Assembly: GCF_008831285.2 (NCBI RefSeq)
Contig: NC_045138.2
Location: 39,246,001 to 39,310,000, forward strand
Direction: 5' to 3'
Origin: Nymphaea colorata
Lineage: Eukaryota
DNA length: 64,000 bases
Each line of letters begins with the position of its first letter. Positions within the stretch are counted from its first letter, which is position 1. The notes beneath the pieces were generated by a model. The model had not been told where the DNA came from and did no database searches. It saw only the letters and a list, made by a program, of their open reading frames with translations. The position numbers and the translations under genes are program-made. This document shows positions 42,285-52,225 of the stretch, piece by piece.

Positions 42285-42819
42285 ATTTCTTGGAATGTTG
42301 TTTCTGGCCACTTGTGTCCCTTCCCCACATTAAATCTTGTAATTCATATAATCGTGTAATGCATCCTTTTCCTGTGATAAGAAGTCACCGTCCATTTGTT
42401 CAATGCATTTTTTCTACATTGGAAAACTGCTATTGCATGAAGAGTGGAGTTGATGAAGAAGCGTATAGGTCTCTTTTGCCTGTACTTGGACTATGCAATT
42501 CGTTTTAGTTTAGCACCAAGTACAACTCACGTTGCGTTTCGCCTCGTTCTCTCCTGGTTGTATAGTCACACAACTTCAGGAGTAAGCGTAATGACTTGAA
42601 CACTAGCAGACCATTGTTAACACTTCATTTTACCGTCACTTGTTGTAGGTATTCTCCATATGCTATGCAGATGGCAAAATCTTATAGCTTTCGGGAAGAG
42701 AATTTGAGACAATCAGGGAAAAGTTTCTGCATCTCGCTTTTGTCGAAGAGAATGTTGCTCCTTGGCCAAGATAATAATAATAAACCTTCTTTGATGATGT
42801 GTTTGATTTCCATCACCAC

Positions 42820-45765
42820 TCACCAATAGTCATTGCAAGAACATTTCCCATTCACAAATTCATGGAACCTGCATCCATCTCGTAGGTATATCTTGCGGCC
42901 AGTAATTCTAGATATGTATTTTGCTGCTACATGGCAATCTCCGCAGATTCTGGTATTCGTTATAACTCTTATCGGCATGCCTTCACCTGTCTTTATAAGC
43001 CCATATGTTATAGCTAGCTTCTCAGTATGACTCAAAACCATTTGTTCTTTTTGGTCCTCATCAGCGTTAAGAATCACGCAACTTGTATCAGGTTTATAAC
43101 CCAATCTTCTCATTTGAGCGACCAACTGGCATAATTCAAAGTATATTTCTCCCATATCTCTATGTGGCCTTCCTTTCGCAGAGAAAACATGAACTTCCTT
43201 ATTGATCCAGATCCAACTCCACCCCCTCTTGTTCCTGACACCTATAACGTTCATTGCATCTTTTAGATTTTCGATTTCATCCCATCGGCTTTGTGCAGCA
43301 TACAAGTTCATGAGTAGCGAGTAATTTGCAGAGTTATAGGGTTCTAGTTTGAAGAGTCGCTTTGCTACAAATTCAGCAAGCTTGACGTTCTGGTGAACTT
43401 TGCATGCAAGAAGCAAAGATCCCCAAACACTTGTATCTGGTCTTAGTGGCATGGTCTTGATCAAATCCAGTGCTTCATCCAAATAACCGTTCCGACCTAG
43501 AAGATCTATCATACACGCATAGTGCTCTATGGTTGGAATGACACCAAATTCCTCTCTCATGCTATCAAAAAATTTCCACCCTTCGACAAGTAAACCAGAA
43601 TGACTGCAAGCAGACAGAAGAGAAGTGAATGTAACACCGTCTGGTTGGATACCTATTTCACGCATTTCGTCGTAGATGGAAATTGCCTTTTCGCCCAGCC
43701 TATGAAGAGCATATCCTTTGATCATGGCATTCCAACAGACTAAATTCTTGTCTTTGATCTTACTGAAAACAAGATAAGCGTTCTCTAAATTTCCTGACCT
43801 AGAGTACATGTCCACAAGTGCAGACGCTACGTATTTGTAGTCATCAAGTCCATTTCTGATGGCATAACAGTGCAATTCTGCTCCTTGGTAAAATGAAGCT
43901 AAGGCTGCTGTTACAGAAACTAAACTTGCCACGGTGGCAGCATTAGGTTGAATTCCTGCTTTCTGCATTTCTCTGAAAGCAAGCAAAGCGTCTCCATAAT
44001 TTCCTGCCTTTGAACATCCGCTGATCATTGCCGTCCATGAAACTACATTTGGAGTAAAGCCCGTCTTATTCAGTTGTCGAATCAATACCAATGCTTGTTT
44101 GCTCTGACCCATTAGAGAATACCCCGATATGAGGCTGTTCCATGTGATCAGATCTGGCCGGATACCTTCTTCTTCCATCTGATTTAAGAGATCCAAAGCT
44201 TCACCGATATGCCTATTACGTGCATACCCTGCAACAAGAGTATTCCATGTGAATGAATTCCTGTGCTTCATATAATCAAAGACCCTCCTCGCTTCAACTA
44301 ATCTCCCGTGCTTGACATACATCTCCACTAATGAGGTTCTCATGCAGATGTCATTCTCATATTCATTTCTGCTGATATGGCCATGGATTTCTCTCCCTAG
44401 TCTCGCTGTTCCTTGTTCTGCAACAGCTTGAAGTATGCTTGTGATAGAGCTTGCATTTGGTTTGATGCCTGAACTCAACATTTTCCGGAATAGTCTCAAC
44501 GAAACTGATGCATCATTCCGTCGTGAAAAACCAGAAATAGCTGAACTCCAGGATGATGCATCAGGTTTTATCCCCTCCCTGTTCATCATATGAAAAATTT
44601 TCTCAACTTCTTCTACAGATCCATGAAGTGCATGCCCAGAAATCAAGCAATTCCATGTGACTACATCTGGCTTGGTTCCCGAAGAATCCAGTTCCTGGAA
44701 AACGTCCCAAGCATCATTCAAAAAGCCATTCAGTGCATACCCTGATATCATTGAGTTCCAAGAGATCAAATCACGGTTACTGATTCCATCAAAAACCAGT
44801 CTTGCAGATCCTAGTTGCCTGGTTTTGCAGTAGGTGCTAATCAACGAGTTCCCTACAGCCACAAACTGCAATAGACCGTACCTTATAGCATATCCATGCA
44901 CCTGTTTGCCTTCTCTGAGAGCTTCCAGCCTCCCGCAAGCTTGGAGAACTCTTGCTATCGTAGCTCGACTGCATTTGACGAGTGAGAATTGCATCTCGCG
45001 GAAAAAATCTAGCGCCTCAAACCATAATTGGTTCTTCAGATACATCTCAATCATTACATCCCAGAGAAATGTGGTTCTTGAACTCATTTTATCGAACACT
45101 TTACGTGCTTCTTCTAACTTGCAAGAACCACCATACATTTTCAAGAAAACAGAGTCTAGATAATCATGTGAAGTGAATCCGGTTTTCACCATGACCCCGT
45201 GCAGCATACCACCCATGAGCGAATTCCCTGAGTCTCCACAAATCTTCACCGCAAAAGCTAGAACGTCCTCGAAGCGTGCCATCAATCCTTTTTTATGCAA
45301 CTCAGCCACAATCCTAAGAAGTGCTTCTGGTTTCACCGCGCCGCGGATTGTTTCTAGCAAATGATTCAAGGATTCCGTCGCAGCAGCCAGATGGCTAAAA
45401 ATAATGCCTACAGATTCGAAATCATCGATGTGTACATACATGTCTACTAGTTTCTTCCACGCATCCACTGCATCTTCCCGGTTCATTTTTGCTATCTGAG
45501 CATGAATCTGTTTTAGGGCATCCATGGAGATCGGTTTCTCGAGTTCGTCGAAGCGAGAGAAGACAGATTCAGTCGGGTACCGCCATAGTGGTGCCAGGGT
45601 TAATGGCTTCGCTTCAAGACTTGACGTTGTCGAAGACTCAGAGAATTCAAGAATTGGTTGAACTCGGGTGCTGCAGCTTTTAACACATGCAGGATATCTA
45701 CTGAAACGATTGAAGTTGCAGGGAGATGACAACTGGAATTGGGATTGTCTAGTGATTGTCTCCAT
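42820..45765 (-). CDS. Pentatricopeptide repeat protein, PLS-E-DYW class (organellar RNA-editing factor type), 981 aa
   Basis: Single intact ORF with many PPR motifs (e.g. DLISWNSMISGYALNG, PDVVTWNCLISG), E domain (VWGSLLLAC...AKRLFKLEP), PG-box-like GWSWI, DYW deaminase signature HTEKLA...CGDCH, and C-terminal CSCNDYW. The Ser/Arg-rich N-terminus resembles an organellar transit peptide. Confidence 0.96.
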   Translation of the reverse strand: METITRQSQFQLSSPCNFNRFSRYPACVKSCSTRVQPILEFSESSTTSSLEAKPLTLAPLWRYPTESVFSRFDELEKPISMDALKQIHAQIAKMNREDAVDAWKKLVDMYVHIDDFESVGIIFSHLAAATESLNHLLETIRGAVKPEALLRIVAELHKKGLMARFEDVLAFAVKICGDSGNSLMGGMLHGVMVKTGFTSHDYLDSVFLKMYGGSCKLEEARKVFDKMSSRTTFLWDVMIEMYLKNQLWFEALDFFREMQFSLVKCSRATIARVLQACGRLEALREGKQVHGYAIRYGLLQFVAVGNSLISTYCKTRQLGSARLVFDGISNRDLISWNSMISGYALNGFLNDAWDVFQELDSSGTKPDVVTWNCLISGHALHGSVEEVEKIFHMMNREGIKPDASSWSSAISGFSRRNDASVSLRLFRKMLSSGIKPNASSITSILQAVAEQGTARLGREIHGHISRNEYENDICMRTSLVEMYVKHGRLVEARRVFDYMKHRNSFTWNTLVAGYARNRHIGEALDLLNQMEEEGIRPDLITWNSLISGYSLMGQSKQALVLIRQLNKTGFTPNVVSWTAMISGCSKAGNYGDALLAFREMQKAGIQPNAATVASLVSVTAALASFYQGAELHCYAIRNGLDDYKYVASALVDMYSRSGNLENAYLVFSKIKDKNLVCWNAMIKGYALHRLGEKAISIYDEMREIGIQPDGVTFTSLLSACSHSGLLVEGWKFFDSMREEFGVIPTIEHYACMIDLLGRNGYLDEALDLIKTMPLRPDTSVWGSLLLACKVHQNVKLAEFVAKRLFKLEPYNSANYSLLMNLYAAQSRWDEIENLKDAMNVIGVRNKRGWSWIWINKEVHVFSAKGRPHRDMGEIYFELCQLVAQMRRLGYKPDTSCVILNADEDQKEQMVLSHTEKLAITYGLIKTGEGMPIRVITNTRICGDCHVAAKYISRITGRKIYLRDGCRFHEFVNGKCSCNDYW

Positions 45766-46891
45766 CTTGAATCAGAGAGAGAGAGAGAGAGAGACATTCA
45801 GGTTGCTGGTGAGCTCCAGGCTTATGGAAGCGGATAAGGCAATTTACAGCGTCTACCTTTTTCTGTGTACCACGTCGTCCTTCATGAATTTTATTTCATG
45901 GTAAATGGGTCGAACAGATCCGATACGACGCGAAAGGTGAATCCTAATCAGGTTGCGATTTGAGAATATGGGAAAGTGAATCACATGGATACCTGGACCA
46001 TAGGCTGGCTAGCCTGGCTTCATTCCATGGCCTACATTGGCATTAGTCAGAACATTTTTCTGTAGTTCTCTCAAAGAGTTCCGAGAAAACCAGACTTTCA
46101 ATCCACTGAATTGCTTGGAATCAAAGCATTGGGGAAATGCTTGAATGGCCTTGTGGATTTGCCTCCTCCAAAAGCATCATTTGCTTAGTTTGCGATTGCC
46201 TGCATAAAGTGTGCATCCAATTCCTTCTCCAGTGAAAGTTTCACTGCTCTCAAAAAAGAAGCTGCAGATGTGAATCTAGAATGAGATCGGATAAGAATTA
46301 AGAAATATAACTAGATCCAGAAGCAGATGACCCAGGATCTTTTGTTGTTCCATTAGATGTGACAAATACATAGAAACCCATTTGAGGAGAACATGATCCT
46401 CACAGACCCAACACTACAGACCTCATCATTGATACGATCTGCTCTGGTCAATTTCCAGTGCCCATGCCATTGACATTTCCAATTTTTCCATATTTAACAT
46501 CTTTCAAATATTGTGTCAGTAACACATTTCATTACTTTACAAACAATGAAAACTGACTTGCAGAGGATAAAAGAATGAAGCGGAAGAAAGAGTGGAAACA
46601 AATAATCAAAATGTATTTATCAGTATATATCATTATAACAATAACTTTATACAACGAACATCATTATATAAACCATATGGGTATACGTCAACAGAGCACC
46701 AAAACCTAAAAAGGTTTTATTGTTACAGTAGTCATATACATACTACACACACAGGCAAAATCAATACCAAGCAACGAAGCAAAAGCAGGAGGCCTGACAA
46801 AGGGGCCTATCCTGATAGATCACATGGTCCTTCTATTCTAACACCAAGGAGAAGCAGAACCGCCTCTCTCTCCTTCTCTATCTTCCTCTGT

Positions 46892-47659
46892 CTATGGCAT
46901 ATTCAACAGATTGCTAAACCACTTGAGAACACCTCCCTTCCGCGGCTTGTCGTCATCGTCTTCATCCTCGTGCTTGTGCTTGTGTCTGCGTTTCATCTCT
47001 TTGAACCCATCGGGAAAAAACCGGTGGTGGTGGTCGTGGTGATGGCGGTGATGGGGCTGATCGTGGCCACGGAACCAATCGGGAAGATGGCTCTCGTCCA
47101 GGAAGCGGCCCTCGAACTCCGCCCCTCTGATCGGGAACTCGATCTCTCCCTCCTTCTCAGGGAAGAAATGAAGACCACCGCCCATGTGCTCGTGGTGGTG
47201 GTGCTTATAGCGATCATCGTCATGATCGTCGTCGTGGTCGTCGTCGTGATCGTCGTCGTGGTCGTGGTCGTCGTGGTCGTGGTCGTCGTGGTGCTCGTGG
47301 TCGTGGTGGCGCTCGTGCTCGTGTTCGTGTTCGTGCTTGTGGTGGTGGAATCGGCGGGGGAAGCGGAAGAGGAAAGGACGGCGGATGTAAACGTGGTGCA
47401 CGTGATGGCGGTTTCCGGCAAAGAGATCGTCCTCCTCGGTGGGGATCGGGCCTCGCAGGGTCAGTGGCTCTGCCGGTAGCGTCGCCGGCTCGGACTCCGA
47501 CTCCTGCTTCTCGCTCGGGAGGAGAAGCTTGGGCTCAATGTTTACAAGAGAATCCTGGCCATCTTCCTGTGGTTTCTCCGGCAGAAGGGTAGGAACCCGC
47601 GCATTGATAAGGAGGGCTAGGGAGAGGAGGAGGGAGAGGAAGAAGAAACCCTTCGCCAT
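46892..47659 (-). CDS. Secreted His/Asp-rich protein of unknown function, 255 aa
   Basis: Intronless GC-rich ORF with a good start context (GCCATGG) and an upstream TATA. Signal peptide MAKGFFFLSLLLSLALLINA. Central (H/D/E) low-complexity tract and amphipathic C-terminus GGVLKWFSNLL. AT-rich 3'UTR-like sequence follows. Confidence 0.85.
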   Translation of the reverse strand: MAKGFFFLSLLLSLALLINARVPTLLPEKPQEDGQDSLVNIEPKLLLPSEKQESESEPATLPAEPLTLRGPIPTEEDDLFAGNRHHVHHVYIRRPFLFRFPRRFHHHKHEHEHEHERHHDHEHHDDHDHDDHDHDDDHDDDHDDDHDDDRYKHHHHEHMGGGLHFFPEKEGEIEFPIRGAEFEGRFLDESHLPDWFRGHDQPHHRHHHDHHHRFFPDGFKEMKRRHKHKHEDEDDDDKPRKGGVLKWFSNLLNMP

Positions 47660-47706
47660 GGCTGGGGACTTGGGTGAATGAGGAGACGACTAGCGTTGGC
47701 TTAGAC

Positions 47707-47714
47707 TTTTATAG
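47707..47714 (-). promoter_or_regulatory. TATA box of the His-rich protein gene
   Basis: CTATAAAA on the minus strand ~50 nt upstream of the ATG at 47659. Confidence 0.6.
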
Positions 47715-48191
47715 AGGCGTTGAATGGTGGTTTTGGGGAAACGTCACGCCTATGGCTCTGCGTGGAGTCCGGAAGCACCGGCCACGGCTAGCGTCCTTGG
47801 TCCCGAGTCCGGTCCAGCTCGTCTCGGTTCTCGGTTTCCCGACTCATGAGAACTTGGTGATTTAGATTTCCCGGATCCAAATGTCAATGGACCCCTCAAA
47901 GGGATCGGACCGAGTCAGACGGGGTCTATGAAGTAAAATCGTGGTTCGGTTTCTTGAGCAGAGCCGAACCGGGCCTAATTCGAGGTCTTACCAAATAAGG
48001 AGGAGTGTGCGTGTGACTGTCGGTGAGCGGGTGCCCGGTAACCGGCTATGACCGTTGACCGCGTTTCACGCGGCAGTCACGTATGGCGGAGGAGTTTTTC
48101 ACGCTTCCGCTGATAACGATGAGCCTCTCTCAAGCCTCCCGTCGAAACTATTTACCGGTGAATTTCCACTTCCTGCTGCGGCTGACCGCAC

Positions 48192-48207
48192 CTTCTTCTT
48201 CTTCTTC

Positions 48208-48286
<79 letters not shown>

Positions 48287-48312
48287 TTATATATATAGAG
48301 AGAGAGAGAGAG
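48192..48312. repeat. Compound microsatellite (TTC)n(CT)n(TA)n(GA)n(TA)n(GA)n
   Basis: Directly visible. The CT and AG arms flank a TA core, making it quasi-palindromic. Confidence 0.9.
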
Positions 48313-48732
48313 ATGAGATATTATTTAGATTGAATTTGATAGGTTGATGAGATCATCTGAAAGCTGAATTTCTACTGTTTGTAGAGGGCAGTGACCTTGG
48401 TGTTCAACAAAAAATGGATGGGATTGGTATTTGACATTCACTAAAAGCTGTGATGAGAATATGGAAGAACTCTTTCATGAGAAGCAATCCATTCAGTTTC
48501 AGCCCCCATAAATAAATAAATAAATAGAAGCTTACGAAAAAATGAAGCAAAGCTATCCAATGGTGTGGCCTTTGAAGGACGTTAAAAATTAAAAAACTAA
48601 AACAAATAGATATCTGGTGAAGGTTAGGAATTGGGAGAGGTTGTAGTCTTTTCCCGGGGCAGGGGAGTAAACGAAGACAGGAAACAAATGCCAACTCGCC
48701 TTTAAGTCGGTTCATACCTGGAAACCAGAAGA

Positions 48733-48845
48733 CAGGAAACAGGACAAACAATAGCATTGACATACAAGTATATAAGTTCTTACTTCAGGAAACAGGACAA
48801 TAATAGCATTGACATTAACACACAAGTGTATAAGTTCTTATTTCT
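48733..48845. repeat. Imperfect ~55-bp tandem duplication
   Basis: caggaaacaggacaa..aatagcattgacat...acaagt.tataagttctta.ttc occurs twice. Confidence 0.85.
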
Positions 48846-50599
48846 TCCTCTCTCTGCACTGTCCTTCATTAATTAACCTTTTTCACACATTTTTTGGCTT
48901 TAAGATGTGTATATTTAGATAATAAGATTTCCTAAAAGTTCTAAAATCAAGTGAAGAAGAATAAGGGTTATGAATAAGAGTAATTATATATCCATTTTGC
49001 CTATAAGGAATGTAAGATGGCAGTCAAACGAGATCCATCAAGAACATCTTAGGCTGATCTAAAGCTCCTTGTGGAGAAGACAAGTCTGAAAACAAGCTGG
49101 ACTTTCGGGCCTCACTTGCTCACTATGGGGACCATCAACCTTGCATTTTCAAAATTTCTGCCTCCTACCATCCTTTGACCCACGTGTGAAAGCACTATAT
49201 GTCGCACATATCATTTCGTGAATGGGGCCTCATTTTGGGGAGACTTTGATTTCCTTGAGCCTTAGATTCTAAGGTTTCAACGGACGTGCCAAGGGCACTT
49301 TTGCTTTTGGAACTCATTGAATCGCTTTTCTGCCATCTCTCTTTCTTCCAGCTTAGTTCTATACTTTTCAAATTGTATATATAAGTATTCCAAATCGATT
49401 GTCTTTACATCGCGTTTGTTCACATGAATCACTCATGCCTAAAATGTAAATCCCTTTGATCTATCCAAACATCGTCTCTACTGATCTATCCAAAGAAGGG
49501 TACTAACCAACCCAGAGAGCCTGTGCTGCCAATCTTATCCAAGTTCATGCTTTCCATCCTGCTCCCTGCAATTCACAACTTTCCTGCCTACTATAGCTGA
49601 AATTCTGCTTTCACATATCTCCATTCTATTACTGCTATTTGCTAAATGCAACCATCGAGCTGGCCACCTTCTTCTTCTTTCAAGAATCCCGATCAGTCTT
49701 CTTTGCCATCCTTTATTGGTCACTGTAACCAGATAGGCGCCAATATCATTTGCAAGCTGATTGATCCCCCACTTAAGAGCTTTCCATTGAGCTTCATCAC
49801 CACCTTAAGAGCAACCAACAATACCCATTGTTTCTGCAGGGGCTGACAAAATCAAAAGCCATTCTTCTACTTTGAACAGCATCTTGATCTGTTTGGAGAG
49901 TGTCATTCTCTCTCATCCAGTCGATCGGCCTCACATACGAGACCCAAGTTAGACCATAGTCTCATTAGCTCCTTTTTCCTGATATATATTCCTTCCATTT
50001 AATGGCATCATTCTCTTCTTTACAGGATTCCGTATGATCATCCTCATGGATTGAACTGCAACTTCCAAGTCATCTTCATGAAAATTAGTTTTATTTTTCG
50101 ACCACCACTATCTCCAGCAGACAATGTGGAACTGGTCTCAAAGTTTATTTGGGCCTTTCTAGGGAAGGAATTCAGGGTTCAATAATTATGTTTGATCAAG
50201 AGCATCCTTTTGAAAACACATTCTAGGTCGCAAGGCGATTAGAGTCTAATTTATTTTTTCCAATTTCCAGGTTGAGCATAAAACCTTTGGTGTTTGGGGC
50301 AAGGGACTCGGGTGGTGGGACTTCCTTGACCCTCTTCAAAAATGGGAGGAAGGTTTTAGATGAACTAGGAGTTGGAGATCACCTAAAAGGCTAGTTGATT
50401 GACATAAAGTGTGATGATTGAAGAATCTGTTTTTTCTTGTTCGGCCTAAGTTCCATCTTCATGGATTTTATATGCATGTCTCCATATAAAATATTCTTTT
50501 TCACCGTGTTGCAATTTCAAGTATCAACGTTACCTGTATATCTCTTTCACTAGTTCAGTTGTTGGATCATGCATTAGTAAAAATTGTCAGGGCGTTTCG

Positions 50600-51520
50600 G
50601 CATGGTTGGCAGTGAGCACGCAACAACAATAGCAACTACAGCTGCAGCAGTGGCAGTGGCAGCAGTTACAATGCACAACTCGATCTCTAGGAACATCCGG
50701 TTTTACTCAATGCCATTGTTGGGAAAATTGTGACAAATTTTAGGTGCTGTACTCAGATAAATTTCAAGTTTACATTTGTTATTACTGTTTTGCTTTTATG
50801 TTTTTTTAATGAATTTATGCAAAATCCCAGTTGGGGAAATGTAGCAAACAACATTAGAAAATGGTTAGGGCCTATTGATCAACAATATTTTTCCTTTCTG
50901 ATGTCATTTTCATGACAAAGTGCAGATGTTCCTCCACCCATATGATTGCATGCTTCTGACATCAACATTTCAACCCCCTTTATTTTTTTGAGATCGAAAC
51001 AAGTAGGGTTTTAGTGAAGTAATGAAATTCCTTCAAAAAGAGAAAGACTGTAAGTGACTTAGAAGGAATGGAGTATAAATTTAAGCATCTTGAGCCCGTT
51101 TTACTGCTAAAAACTATAGCAAGTAGCAAGCATGTTTGATGTACCAAAGAGAAATGACATGCTTCAAAGTGGATGGATCCTGACCTTTTGCAGATATGTT
51201 TGTTTCTGCTTTTGTGAAGAAAATGTATAGAAGAGCAGCATCATGTGTTCAGCCTATGAAGATGCAACCACTGAGCAAAAGTACATAGAAGAGAAACTAC
51301 TTGACCTGCTTAAGGTACTTCCTTGTGATGTTTATTTATTCAATCTGCCTATATGGGTGACCATGGCAGTGTACTTATAGTCACATGTACATAGCTATGT
51401 GAAGGAAATATAAATCTTTCATTTATAAAACTGTAAGTCATTTAACGAGATTATTTTATGACATCCAATTTCTTTTGCAGCCACAGTCGCTCATTTGTTT
51501 CCATGGATCAATGTGAAACA
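50600..51520 (+). pseudogene. Possible LEUNIG/LEUNIG_HOMOLOG-like pseudogene remnant
   Basis: 50620-50720 gives QQQ*QLQLQQWQWQQ then (frameshifted) NAQLDL*EHPVLLNAIVG. An exon-like block at 51194-51314 (tgcag|...AAG|gtac) gives SAFVKKMY/EEQ then DATTEQKYIEEKLLDLLK. Order and content resemble the LUG/LUH Q-rich...NAQLQRRD..HP...NAI and SALA.KMYEER...LLD...LLK segments as I recall them. Stops and frameshifts are present. Confidence 0.35.
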
Positions 51521-52225
51521 TTAATCGATCCTATCTTCTTACAAAAGTAATCTTCATGGGTGATTTTTTTGTAGCATCGAATGAACAAGAGGTAAAGTGA
51601 TGCAAGAAGATCGCTTGTCTCGTTAACTCCCTTTAACTTAGTAAACTGAGCAACATTAGATGGCATCTTGATTGGTATGGTTAGTACTAATGGCATCGAT
51701 TGGTCCTATGGTTAACGATTCCATTGATCATCGAGGCAACGAAAAATGTCCTCCAAAAAAATCTCAACCGTTTACACAGTAAACAGTAATCACATGGGTG
51801 ATTTCCAACTCACATTGTCTTGGCTTTGAGTTGTAGTCGTCCAATTTCTCAAGGACCAAAAGAACAAAAGTGCACTAGTATATGTGGCCAAATTTTGTTG
51901 ATGAACCCAATTCTCTCCATTGACGAAGTTCACTGTTCTCTTGGATCAAGAAGAGAGATAACGTGAGTTAAGCATGCAGACACCATTAGATTCTATTGCT
52001 CCTACTACAACTCAAAGTCAAGACAATGTGAGTTGGAAATCCGTCAAATGTTCGTCATGGAAAAGTTAAATCGTATTAAGGCATGGTTTTGTTTCATTGG
52101 ATATGAAATTAAAATCTCAACCGTTTAAACCCGGCGGCGACCCGCTTTTGATATCCTTGGTTTTTGAGGGGAGAGGTCCCTCCAAGTCCAGCCTCCTGCG
52201 TAAGAGAGCCCAGAGGGAGGGAGAG

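Noticed and set aside
46592..47479. 295-aa + strand poly-Val ORF and 142-aa poly-Thr ORF (46993-47421, -)
   Set aside because: These are shadow frames of the CAC/GAC repeat in the His-rich gene. The His-rich frame has the signal peptide, ATG context and TATA box.
49500..50100. Possible LINE remnant on the minus strand (LIFMKMTWKLQFNP)
   Set aside because: A single weak motif with many stops; too little support to annotate.
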